A stretch of 64,000 bases of DNA from an uncultured Gemmatimonadaceae bacterium. GTDB taxonomy: Bacteria > Gemmatimonadota > Gemmatimonadetes > Gemmatimonadales > Gemmatimonadaceae. The position numbers and the translations under genes were made by a program. A model generated the notes under the pieces. The model saw nothing but the letters and a program-made list of their open reading frames with translations. It had not been told where the DNA came from and did no database searches. Where the stretch lies: positions 192,001 to 256,000 of the forward strand of contig CAWHHI010000004.1 of NCBI GenBank assembly GCA_963829055.1, in the 5' to 3' direction. Of the stretch, positions 45,629 through 55,043 are shown piece after piece. The first letter of the stretch is position 1. The number at the start of each line of letters is the position of its first letter.

Positions 45629-46605
45629 CTACTGCCGGGCGTCCAGACCAATCTGCTCGCGCAGCCAATCATGCCTGTCGAACAAGGCCTGTTGATTGAG
45701 TCCGTGTCCCGCGTCATACCAGCGAATCGTCTTTGACCGCGGCGCGGCTGTGTGCAACGCCTGCGCATCGGCTGCGGGTACCAGGTTGTCTCATTCGTCC
45801 GTTCTGCAGCAACAACGCGGTGGGCGACGCGTGCGCGATGAATCGAATCGGCTCGATGGGTGCCATGGCCCGGAACCAGCCGACGCGTGTCGCACAGGAC
45901 AGACTGGCCAAGAAGCTGAAATCCTCGGGTCCGGTGAAGTGCGAGACGAGACCGCCGTCTCCTACGACGAGCGCCGCAGCTTTGAGGCGCCGCTCGATCC
46001 CAGCGAACAGCGCACCCATCGCGCCGCCGTAACTGATGCCAAGGTAGGCGATGCGCTCATCGTCGACGTTGGCCCGTGCGCGCAACACATCGACGGCGCG
46101 TTGCAGATCCTTGATCAACTGGATCTGCTCGGCCCGATCCTGAGTGCTGAACCGGACGGGCTCTCCAGCGCGGCGAGCAAACGGGGCATCGATCGCAATC
46201 ACTACGGCACCGAACTGCGCGAGCACCTGCGCGTAAGGCCGCCATGCCGCGCGCGGTGCCGGGCATGCCGTGCATGAGCACGATGCCGGGGCGCAGACTC
46301 GAGCGCGTGACCGGATCGAACAACAATCCGGTTACCGATCCGCCGTCCCGACTATCGAAGGTGATGGCGCTGACCTCCACGCCGTTGTTCGTGGATTCGA
46401 CAGTCTTCTGCAGGTTCAGGGGCGCGTTGACGTCGTAGGCGAACAGGGCGAGGTCTGCGACGGTCGCCGCGCCTCCGAAATCGGGGCGTGCGACTGCACA
46501 GGAATCGGCGACGAGGCTCGGCTTGGTCGGCACGGTGCTCGGGTCGGCCGGGGACCCTGCGCATGCGGACGTGCACAGAGCGGCCAGCACAATCGCGTTT
46601 CTCAT
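45629..46605 (-). CDS. Alpha/beta-hydrolase lipoprotein (frameshifted)
   Basis: Lipobox TSAC; MHGMPG; GISYGG nucleophile elbow; WYDAGHGL. Confidence 0.8.
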
Positions 46606-46802
46606 CGACACTCTCCAACGAAGTTCATCAATTCGATGGTCAAGAGCTGGTTGTGCTGGCTGTCGTGGTTTCCGGGACATCGCCCGGCTGACGTTCACCT
46701 CACGGCATCAGAAGATTCGGCGAGACGCTCGTCCGGACACGGTAGCGATCGCTGCCCGCTCGTGCATGCATGCGCAACATCAGTCGACAGCAACGATCGG
46801 CG

Positions 46803-48059
46803 TCATTCGCAACTCACCGCCGGACGGTAGGCTTGGTTATGCAGGCTACCGGAGGCGCCGCCGATATCGGTGCCGCCGCCGACTGCCCAGATCAGACCGT
46901 CTACAAAGGCTGACCCGACGACTCCATGGATGGGGATGGGCATGTTGGCGAGGCTTGTCCACTTGTCGCTTCGAGGATCGTAGTAGTCATGATCGGGCGT
47001 CATGCCGGTCGGCGCCTCGCCGCCCCAGACGTGGAAGCAGCCCCGGGCCATGACCCCGTTCATGCCGCTGCGGCCGCGCAGCATCGGGGCTGCGGTCGTC
47101 CAAACCCGGGTTCGTGGGTCGAAGACTTCGTTCGCATCCGATTTCAGGGGCGACAGACCGTTGCCGAGACGCCCGCCGACGATGTGAATGCGGCCGTTGA
47201 TCGCCGCACCGGTAATGTGATTGCGCTGGCTGGGTAGGTTCGGCAGCACCTCCCACCGATCGGCCGCCGGGTCGTAGACGGCGAAGTCGTTTCCGCGCGG
47301 CACGCGTCCCCCGGCGACGTAGATCTTGCCGTCGTGCACGACAGCCACCCCCCCGCTGCGCGCGGTGGGCATCCGCGCCTTCTCGACCCATGCACCCTTC
47401 GCGGGATCCAGCTCGTACACCCGGTCGACAGCCGTGGCGCCCTCTTGATCATCCGTGGTTTGGCCGCCGATGAGGTAGACTTTTCCATTGACGCCGGCCG
47501 CCATCCCGTGGTTGTTGGGCTGCGGGAGCTCCGGTCCGAGCTGCCAGCGGTCGCTCGCGATGTCGTAGATCTGCAGCGTACGGGACGTCTGCCGGGAAGC
47601 GGGATAACCGCCCATGACGTAGATCTTGCCGTTCGATTCGGCGAGGGCGAACTCGGAGTTCGCCACGAGCAATCCAGCGCGGAGCCCCCATCCGCCGGGG
47701 GCAACCGGCGCGCGGCTGAGCACAAATGCGGAAGCATTTGCCTCCGCTCCGCCTGCTACCGTGACGGAGGCCGTGCCCGCCGCATCGATGACGAATCCGG
47801 CTGCAGACGTAACCGCCAGCGCATACGTTCCCGGGGGCACCTTCGCAAAGGTGTAGACGCCGTTGGCGCCGCTATTCGCCGTGCGAGCGGCCTGCGCGTT
47901 TCCGGTCAACGTAACCACGGCGTTTGCCACGCCGGCGCCGCCGTTGTCGGTAACGGTGCCTCGGATGCTCCCGGTGGTATCAGGGCTCACCTTGGTCGTA
48001 CCATCACCGCCGCAGGAGGCGAGAATGACGACTGCCGCGAGCCCGAGTGCACGCCGCAT
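46803..48059 (-). CDS. Lipoprotein with carboxypeptidase-regulatory-like domain and Kelch repeats
   Basis: MRRALGLAAVVILASCGG; VPPGTY; repeated GKIYVAGG / YDP..D.W; alternative start 48170. Confidence 0.85.
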   Translation of the reverse strand: MRRALGLAAVVILASCGGDGTTKVSPDTTGSIRGTVTDNGGAGVANAVVTLTGNAQAARTANSGANGVYTFAKVPPGTYALAVTSAAGFVIDAAGTASVTVAGGAEANASAFVLSRAPVAPGGWGLRAGLLVANSEFALAESNGKIYVMGGYPASRQTSRTLQIYDIASDRWQLGPELPQPNNHGMAAGVNGKVYLIGGQTTDDQEGATAVDRVYELDPAKGAWVEKARMPTARSGGVAVVHDGKIYVAGGRVPRGNDFAVYDPAADRWEVLPNLPSQRNHITGAAINGRIHIVGGRLGNGLSPLKSDANEVFDPRTRVWTTAAPMLRGRSGMNGVMARGCFHVWGGEAPTGMTPDHDYYDPRSDKWTSLANMPIPIHGVVGSAFVDGLIWAVGGGTDIGGASGSLHNQAYRPAVSCE

Positions 48060-48198
48060 GGGACCTCCGACGCCACGGCTTGACGGCGGGGTGCTCGGCT
48101 CGGTCGCAGTGCCGTCGCCGGCGGAAATCAACGCAGTTGCCAGCGCGATTGTCGGTTTCTTCGGTTTCATGCTCGGTCTCCTCGATTCGCACATTGCT

Positions 48199-49407
48199 TC
48201 AGCAAGCACCTACTACGACAGTTCCTCCCGACATCCGCTGCCAACCGAGCGCCGCCTCTCGAGAGGGCAGCCAGCTCGCGCTCGAACGAGCGGAACCGTA
48301 GCACGCGTACGTCGAGATCGCGCCGGTCGACCGGTTGCCGAGCCAGCCGACCGTTTCCGACACTGCACGGAGCGGCGCCCCCGCAGTCGCCGGAAGACGC
48401 GCCGTGAGGACCGCATCGATCCAGTCGAACATCAGAGCGATGTCGACGATCGGTCCGTGACCAAAGGCATCGATGGAAAGCGACCAGGGTGCCCCGGCGG
48501 CTCGACCGGCTTCGAACACGGGCGTGATGTTCGCGGTCCGGTGCGGCTCATCCACTCTTCCGATCAGGAAAAATCCCGGAACGGGGGCCGCCGCCCCCGC
48601 CGGGCCAGGGGCGTGGCAGCCGCCCTTCATGGTGACGAACCCCGCCACCCGGGGACCGTGAGCGCGGCTGAACCCGTACGCGGTGCATCCCCCCTGCGAG
48701 TGCCCGACGAACAGGATGGGAATGTTCGCGAGCTCCGGATGAAGGCTCTGCGCGCCAAACTGGGAGAGTGCCTGTAGCAGCTTTTCGTAGTCTGCAGGCT
48801 GGTCGAGCAGGGTCGTCGTTCCGATGAGCGCCACGTTTCCGCCCGCGAGCTCGAGTGCGCGCCGCTTCACCTCCTCCAGCTCGTTAGGCAAGCACCAGAT
48901 GCTGCATCCTGTGCCCGAGGCGCCGCTCACGAGGCGGCGCGAATCCAGAGGATTGCCGGTGGCAGGGTCTCTCAAGCCAGGCAGGAAAGCGATCGCGACT
49001 TTGTACTCGGCTCTCCCCGCCGGCAGATTCGCGAGAGCGTTCTGGTGCGTGAAAATCGTCTGGTGCGACAACACGACGTCGTGGGCGTTCGTCCCCGCAC
49101 TCAGGCTGACGCTCTCCGACCGTTGATCGAAGCGCGGCGCGCTCGTGATGATCGTTCGATTACCGACCGGCAGATCCCGGAGCTCGAATCGTCCGTCGGT
49201 ACCGGTCGTGCCGGTTGCGCTTCCGATTTTCACCGATGCGCGTTCGATGACGGCTCCGGTGGCCGCCGTCACGACGCCGGACACGGTCGCGGTGGCGGTC
49301 TCGGTCGCAGTCGGGCTGCCAGGGTCACCCTTCCCGCACGCGGCGACGAGAATGGATGTCGCCGCCAACGCAAGCGGGAGCGTAGAGATCGATGTCGAGA
49401 ACTGCAT
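48199..49407 (-). CDS. Lipoprotein with carboxypeptidase-regulatory-like domain and alpha/beta-hydrolase
   Basis: Lipobox VAACG; TGTDGRFEL; GHSQGG; FGH. Confidence 0.8.
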   Translation of the reverse strand: MQFSTSISTLPLALAATSILVAACGKGDPGSPTATETATATVSGVVTAATGAVIERASVKIGSATGTTGTDGRFELRDLPVGNRTIITSAPRFDQRSESVSLSAGTNAHDVVLSHQTIFTHQNALANLPAGRAEYKVAIAFLPGLRDPATGNPLDSRRLVSGASGTGCSIWCLPNELEEVKRRALELAGGNVALIGTTTLLDQPADYEKLLQALSQFGAQSLHPELANIPILFVGHSQGGCTAYGFSRAHGPRVAGFVTMKGGCHAPGPAGAAAPVPGFFLIGRVDEPHRTANITPVFEAGRAAGAPWSLSIDAFGHGPIVDIALMFDWIDAVLTARLPATAGAPLRAVSETVGWLGNRSTGAISTYACYGSARSSASWLPSREAALGWQRMSGGTVVVGAC

Positions 49408-49463
49408 GAGCCTCCCGGACGGGAACTAAGAAGCCAAAACGTGAGTCCACCCGCGCTACGTTC

Positions 49464-51641
49464 CTACTTCGCCAGCGGATCCGGCCGGAGCTGGAAGTGG
49501 ATCGCCTTGCTGGTATTTCCTTTCCCTCCCTCCATGTGGAACGGCGCCCGCGTGCTGATGGAGGCCCAGAGACCACGCCCCTTCCAGCCCGCGTTAGGGT
49601 CGTCGATCCGGCCGTCGAGCCACTTGGCGTAGAATCCCATGGGGTAGGGAACGCGCAGGACAACCCACTTTCCGTCCTTGAGCACCAGGAGCCCCTCGGA
49701 CTGATTCCCGGTGTTGATCGGGATGTTGGCGCCGAGGCCTAACGTGTTGAACTGGTCCACCCAGGTGAAGTAGCTGCCTTCGCCGCTCCCCTGGCCGGCG
49801 ACGTTGCCGAGCTGCGGCAGCGGCTCGGCGTAGAAGCGCCACCCCTCGGGACAGTGCTGGCCCGTGGCAGTCGGTCCGTTCAACGGACCTTTGCACTTGC
49901 GACGGTCGAAGCTCGCCAGGTGCCCGCTCGCCAGGGCGGCCCAGTACACCCCGTTCCGGTCCACGTCCCCGCCGCGCGGGGAGAAGCCCACGTTAGGCGC
50001 TGCCGGGTTGTTCCACGGGATCTCGAACACCTCGGTGAGCGCGGTCTCCGGCGGGTTCGCGCCCGGCGTCAGGCGGAATATCGCGCCGGGGAACCCGAAC
50101 ATCGTGCCCCACACCGATCCGTCCGGCGCCGGCGCCAGCGCATACGGACCGCCTCCGTACTGCCCGGGTTGAATGCGCCTGTCCCTGGCCGGATCCACGG
50201 GCGCGTTAGGCTCCACGTACTCGTCGCGGCGGCCGTTCCCGTTCAGGTCCATGATCAGCGCGGTCCATCCCTGCGCTTTCTCCTCGTCGGCCGTCTGGTC
50301 CCACAGCTTCGTATTCAACCATCCCACCACCGGGCCGCCACCGCTCGTCCAGAGCGTGCGGTTCGCGTCTTCGGCGAACATCAGGTGGTGCGTCCCGTAG
50401 CAGGTGGAGATGTGCTTCATCTCCTTCCTCTTCGGATCGTAGACCGCGAGGTGACGGCCCGAGTTATTGAGGGGGAAGAGGCGCGCCGACGGATGGCTCG
50501 ACCCCGCCTTGCAGAAGTCCGGGTTCGCCGGACCACGCACTCTGGAGGTGAGCCACACGCGTCCCGTCTCGTCGAACATCGGATTGTGCACGTTCGCCTT
50601 GCTGGTCCAGATCGGCTCGGTGCCCCAGTACGGCGAGGCGAACGGGACCTGCTGCGGTGACGACGGCGGGATGTTCGGGTCGCTGAGCGTGACGGGAACC
50701 CGGGTCGCCGTGTGGGTCTTGGGGTCGAGCACCGGCATGTAGTCGGCGCTCGCCTCGAGCACCGCGTAGATCGAGCCGCCCGCGTTGACTGTCGGGTTGC
50801 GTCGGTCTGTGGAGACGAGATCGTGCAGGTACGCCTTCGGGTCCGCCCAGTCCCACATGGTGATGACGACGTTCCGCTCGATCCCCTGCGGGCGGGGCGG
50901 CGTCGGTGGTACCTCGCCGGCGGCGATGCGGTCCGTCCAGTCAGCGAACATCTTGAGCGTGCGCGGCCCCATCTGCTGCACTGGCCCCGCCATCGCCCCT
51001 CCTGCCTGGCCGGACTGTAGCCGACGCTCCCACGCCTTCACGGAGCTCTCGAAGGTGCCTAACGCGGGGTGCAGCTCGCGCGTCCCCTTGCTCCCCAGCT
51101 GATGGCAACCCAGGCAGGAACTGTTCTTGAGCAGGCGCACGTACTCCGCCTGACTCTTGAAGACAGGATTGATCCCGTTCCCCTCCGGGCCCGTGCCGGG
51201 GAACTCGCTCTCGGCTGGGACCTTGAGCAGCGAGTACCAGTACCCGGCCGGGTAGTACTGGGCCGCGGCACGCGGATTCGGCGCGGCGGTCGCACGCAGG
51301 TTCATCATCGCGCCCGGCTTCGCTCGCTGCCTGGGCGAGTCGACGAGCCCGTAGCCGCGCACCCAGACGTCGTAGCTCGCCTTTGGCAGATCGGGGAGCA
51401 GATAGCGCCCCTGCCCGTCGGTGACCACGATCCTGGCGAACTTCGTCGGGAGGTCGGACGTTTCGGCGATAACCCACACACCGGCCTCGGGGCCGCGCGC
51501 TCCCGTCACCACTCCGGCGATGTCGTCGCTATCGATCCTCGTCGCACCGGGGGTCGTCTGCGCGCAGAGCGTGGAGGCTGCCCAGAGCAGCGTTGAAGCC
51601 GCGACCGTCGCAACCACGAACGGTGCCTTCGTCGTTTTCAT
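49464..51641 (-). CDS. Secreted protein: carboxypeptidase-regulatory-like domain, CxxCH motif, probable beta-propeller
   Basis: Signal peptide; GPEAGVWVIAET, GRYLLPDLP; CLGCHQLG; C-terminal FQLRPDPLAK. Confidence 0.8.
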   Translation of the reverse strand: MKTTKAPFVVATVAASTLLWAASTLCAQTTPGATRIDSDDIAGVVTGARGPEAGVWVIAETSDLPTKFARIVVTDGQGRYLLPDLPKASYDVWVRGYGLVDSPRQRAKPGAMMNLRATAAPNPRAAAQYYPAGYWYSLLKVPAESEFPGTGPEGNGINPVFKSQAEYVRLLKNSSCLGCHQLGSKGTRELHPALGTFESSVKAWERRLQSGQAGGAMAGPVQQMGPRTLKMFADWTDRIAAGEVPPTPPRPQGIERNVVITMWDWADPKAYLHDLVSTDRRNPTVNAGGSIYAVLEASADYMPVLDPKTHTATRVPVTLSDPNIPPSSPQQVPFASPYWGTEPIWTSKANVHNPMFDETGRVWLTSRVRGPANPDFCKAGSSHPSARLFPLNNSGRHLAVYDPKRKEMKHISTCYGTHHLMFAEDANRTLWTSGGGPVVGWLNTKLWDQTADEEKAQGWTALIMDLNGNGRRDEYVEPNAPVDPARDRRIQPGQYGGGPYALAPAPDGSVWGTMFGFPGAIFRLTPGANPPETALTEVFEIPWNNPAAPNVGFSPRGGDVDRNGVYWAALASGHLASFDRRKCKGPLNGPTATGQHCPEGWRFYAEPLPQLGNVAGQGSGEGSYFTWVDQFNTLGLGANIPINTGNQSEGLLVLKDGKWVVLRVPYPMGFYAKWLDGRIDDPNAGWKGRGLWASISTRAPFHMEGGKGNTSKAIHFQLRPDPLAK

Positions 51642-51785
51642 CTGCCAGCTCCAATCTGATGATGTCACGCCACGATAGGCGCGACTCGATCGGGACGAGG
51701 CCGGCCTGGCGTTAGGCGGCCGGGCGTGCCAACCCGTTCCCGACGGGACGGCATCGCGAGAGGCCTCGTTGGGTTGCTGTGCTGA

Positions 51786-51873
51786 AAGGTCGTATGCGAG
51801 CATGACCGACGCGATGACGCACCCGGCGGGCGGCCCAAATCGGCGACGAGCGGAAAATTCTGGCGACGAGCGG
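51786..51873 (-). promoter_or_regulatory. LytTR-type promoter cassette, copy 2
   Basis: GGCGACGAGCGG at 51842 and 51862 (20-nt period) plus degenerate third unit; just after the lytR stop. Confidence 0.7.
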
Positions 51874-51905
51874 CAAGCGGACGCGACGTCGTCGCCGCGG
51901 TCGCC

Positions 51906-52637
51906 TCATCCGAACCGGTCTCTGAGCCGAGCCCCGAACCGCCGACTCATGGTCATCGGGTCCGGCAGGCCGCGCAGGTAAACGCGCTGGCTCGCGTGCG
52001 ACCATGGCTCCATCCGCTCGACGAAATCGAGGTTCACGATCGTCGAGCGGTGTATACGTACAAACTGCCGGTCTGGGAGGCGCTGTTCCCATTCCCGGAG
52101 CGACTTCGACGACGGCTTGCGCGTTAGGTGCGGGGCCAGGAGTAGTGTGGAGCCGTCCCCCTCCGCCTCGATGGCCACAATGTCGCGCACCCGGACGAAG
52201 GCGCGCTCCTGGCCGAGGCGCAGGAACAGACGGTCCTCGTAGGTGACTGTCTCGCGGACAGGCGTTGTCGGCTGCGACGCCGCGAGCCGGTTCACCGTCA
52301 CCGCGAGCCGCTCGGGCTCTACCGGCTTGAGCAGGTAATCAAGGGCATTCACCTCGAAGGCGCGGAGCGTGTACTCGTCGTGCGCGGTCACGAACACGAC
52401 GTTCACATCCGCGCCCAGCAGCGGTAGCAGGTCCATCCCCGTCTCGCCCGCGAGCTGGATGTCGAGAAATACCACGTCTGCGTCGGTGGCATGCACGAGT
52501 CGCGCAGCATCGGCCACCGACGCAGCCTCGCCCACGACGTGCAACTGATCGGCGTGCTCCTCGAGCAACGTCCGAAGCTCGAATCGGGCGAGGCGCTCGT
52601 CGTCCACGATCACGGCGTGGCGTCGGCGCGCGCTCAC
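51906..52637 (-). CDS. LytTR-family response regulator
   Basis: IVDDERLAR, FLDIQL, DYLLKP, FVRIHRSTIVN. Confidence 0.93.
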   Translation of the reverse strand: MSARRRHAVIVDDERLARFELRTLLEEHADQLHVVGEAASVADAARLVHATDADVVFLDIQLAGETGMDLLPLLGADVNVVFVTAHDEYTLRAFEVNALDYLLKPVEPERLAVTVNRLAASQPTTPVRETVTYEDRLFLRLGQERAFVRVRDIVAIEAEGDGSTLLLAPHLTRKPSSKSLREWEQRLPDRQFVRIHRSTIVNLDFVERMEPWSHASQRVYLRGLPDPMTMSRRFGARLRDRFG

Positions 52638-53809
52638 GTCGCTGCCTCGGCGCGGAAGCGGGCTGGCAACTCCACGACAACGCGCACACGTCCACCCGTC
52701 TCATCGATCTCGATGCGATGGTCCGCGGGATGGAGCGCGGCGAGGCGTGCGCGGACATTGGCGAGCCCCACACCGCCAGGCCGGCCGTCGTCGTCCTCGT
52801 CGGCGTTAGGCGCGGTCGTCTGCTCGCCCGCCCACCGTCCCGTATTTTCGACCACGAGCCTGAGCCGGTCTGGCGGCACCAGCCGCGCCGCCACACGCAG
52901 CACGAGCGGCGCATTGGTGGTGCCGGTGACGCCGTGCTTCACCGCATTCTCCACGAGCGGGTTGAGGAGGAACGCCGGCACCTCGCAGCGCAGCGCGGCG
53001 GGCTCGATCTCCATGTGAGCGTCGAGACGCTCCTCGAAGCGCACCTGCTCTACGGCCAGGTAGCCGCGCACCGACGCCACCTCCTCTTCCAGCAACGCCG
53101 TGTGCAGCGGACGCTCCACCAGTGCGTAGCGAAGATAGCGCGAGAGTGCAGTCACCATCTCGCGGGCGCGCTGACGGTCCTCGTTGATCAGCGCGCGGAT
53201 CGAGTTGAGCGTGTTGAACAGGAAGTGAGGGTTGAGCTGGTACGCGAGCATCCGGAGCTGCGCGTCGCGGGCCGCGGCCACGGCGCGCAGTGCCTGCTCC
53301 CGCTGCTCCCGCAGCGCGGTGTTGTACTGCAGCCCCAGGTGCACGAGGCTCCACCCGAACAGCGGCAGGATGCAGTGTTCCAGCGCGCCGTCGAGGATCC
53401 ATTCGCGCGGGAAGCGGAGCCGCGACGGCGCATCGATGATCACAGAATGGAGGGTGGCGGCGCCGTACTGCCGGTGGTAGTAGAAGGCGACGTTCCACAG
53501 CATCCCTGCCACGATCGACCCCACGACGCTGATGGCGAGCGTCCGGCCGAAGGACGCCGGCCCAACGCCGAGGCGGTCGTATACGCGGCCGAGCAGCATC
53601 GCCAGCAGGAAGCCGATGAGGACGTACACCGACTCGGTCGCCAGGATGACATCCCACGGCATCACGTCGAGCGAGCCGATCATCATCGCGATGCCGAACA
53701 CCAGCCAGCCGCCGACGGTGAGCAACCAATAGCTCCAGGGTCGCTTAACGTCAGGGGCGACCTCGAGGAAATCCGCCGCACCGGCGCGAAGTGTGGACAA
53801 GGGCGTCAT
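52634..53809 (-). CDS. LytS/YehU-type sensor histidine kinase
   Basis: Several TM helices; YQLNPHFLFNTLNSI, EQVRFEERL, PLVENAVKHG, GVGLANVRARL. Confidence 0.92.
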   Translation of the reverse strand: MTPLSTLRAGAADFLEVAPDVKRPWSYWLLTVGGWLVFGIAMMIGSLDVMPWDVILATESVYVLIGFLLAMLLGRVYDRLGVGPASFGRTLAISVVGSIVAGMLWNVAFYYHRQYGAATLHSVIIDAPSRLRFPREWILDGALEHCILPLFGWSLVHLGLQYNTALREQREQALRAVAAARDAQLRMLAYQLNPHFLFNTLNSIRALINEDRQRAREMVTALSRYLRYALVERPLHTALLEEEVASVRGYLAVEQVRFEERLDAHMEIEPAALRCEVPAFLLNPLVENAVKHGVTGTTNAPLVLRVAARLVPPDRLRLVVENTGRWAGEQTTAPNADEDDDGRPGGVGLANVRARLAALHPADHRIEIDETGGRVRVVVELPARFRAEAAT

Positions 53810-53970
53810 CGCTGCAGGGAATCGTTGGCGAAGTTGCGATCGCGGGTAAGGTAGAAGTCGGCCCTCCTCTCCATCATTGCAAGATCGCTACGAACGCCTG
53901 GCGTGGTGGTTAGGAACGCGAGACGTCCTAACGAGTCTCTCGACCGCGGTGTCGGGCTCGGTATCGCGGC

Positions 53971-54059
53971 AAGGTCGCATCGCAATCATCCGCGGCGCGA
54001 TGACGCAGCCGGCAGGCGGCGCAAATCGGCGACGAGCGGATCGCCCTGGCGACGAGCGG
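53971..54059 (-). promoter_or_regulatory. LytTR-type promoter cassette, copy 3
   Basis: GGCGACGAGCGG twice at 20-nt period; same flanks as copies 1 and 2; upstream of the kinase gene. Confidence 0.7.
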
Positions 54060-54227
54060 TGCTGGCGCACCATCCCGCTCTGCGCTCGCAGCGAACGGCG
54101 CCGGCTCGTTGCTCTATCGCGCGGTCGCCCTGTGCCATATCGTGCACATCGCCATCGCCCCCGCCCCCGCCTGGCCGTCGGTCCCGGGGCGAGAAGCGCA
54201 ACGCCGGCATGACTGCCGGCAGGACCC

Positions 54228-54910
54228 ATGGAGGTCCACTTGTCCCACAGCCGCATCGTTGTCGCCCAGCTCGCCACTGCCCTCGTCACCCTACTCGCCG
54301 CATGCGCGCCCGACGCGCCCACCGGTCCCGACGCTCTAGCGCATCTGCGGCCCGCACAAGCCGCGCACTAACCAGCCAAGGTGCCGCCGGCGCGGGCGGG
54401 TCAGGTGGCGCCATCTTCGTGATCGGCACCGACGACTTCTTCGCAATCATCACCAACGACCCGCAGCGGCAACTCACGACGACGCTGGGGACCACGCTGG
54501 CGGCCACCGAGCTCTTTTGCAGCGGCGGGCCGTTTGAAGCCGACGTGTTCACCTATCGCACGCTGACGACGCCCTCCGGCAAGGTACTCGAGCACTTGCA
54601 GGCGGAGGACGTCGCCGTGGTGGTGTGGGACGGGTACTACGAGTTCAACACCGACTTCTGCGCGTTCGTCGCAAGTACGCCGGTGCTGGCGGTCGGCACC
54701 GCGGACTACGTGATCACGAGCAACAACTTGCTCGCGCCAGCCGGCGCCCCGGGCGCGACCGAGGACAACACGCGCGCCCACGGCACGGTGACCAACGTGC
54801 AGACCGGGGAGTTGCTGCACTACGTCGTGCGGTCAGGCAGCCTCGTGACCGGCGGCGGCACCAACAAGGGCTTCAACAACAACATCCTGCTCACGCCAAT
54901 GAAGCGGTGA
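54228..54910 (+). CDS. Hypothetical lipoprotein (frameshift near 54335)
   Basis: Lipobox LAACAPDAPTGP in ORF 54109..54339, continuing in 53903..54910. Confidence 0.6.
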
Positions 54911-55043
54911 GTCGATGGTGCGTCGGCGAGCCGCGCGGAGCTCGCCGGCGCACGCGGTAGGCGGCGGCTGTCCCGCCGCCGACGCCGCTTCGAGAAGCGT
55001 TAGGCACGAGCACGGAAGTGCACCGTGTTGCACGGCCCTGCAC

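Noticed and set aside
48060..48170. Second signal peptide upstream of the Kelch lipoprotein
   Set aside because: Lacks the lipobox Cys; relic or chance, cannot be resolved from sequence
22916..54059. 20-nt periodic repeats as a CRISPR array
   Set aside because: Only 2-3 short units per site, gaps about 8 nt, no cas genes
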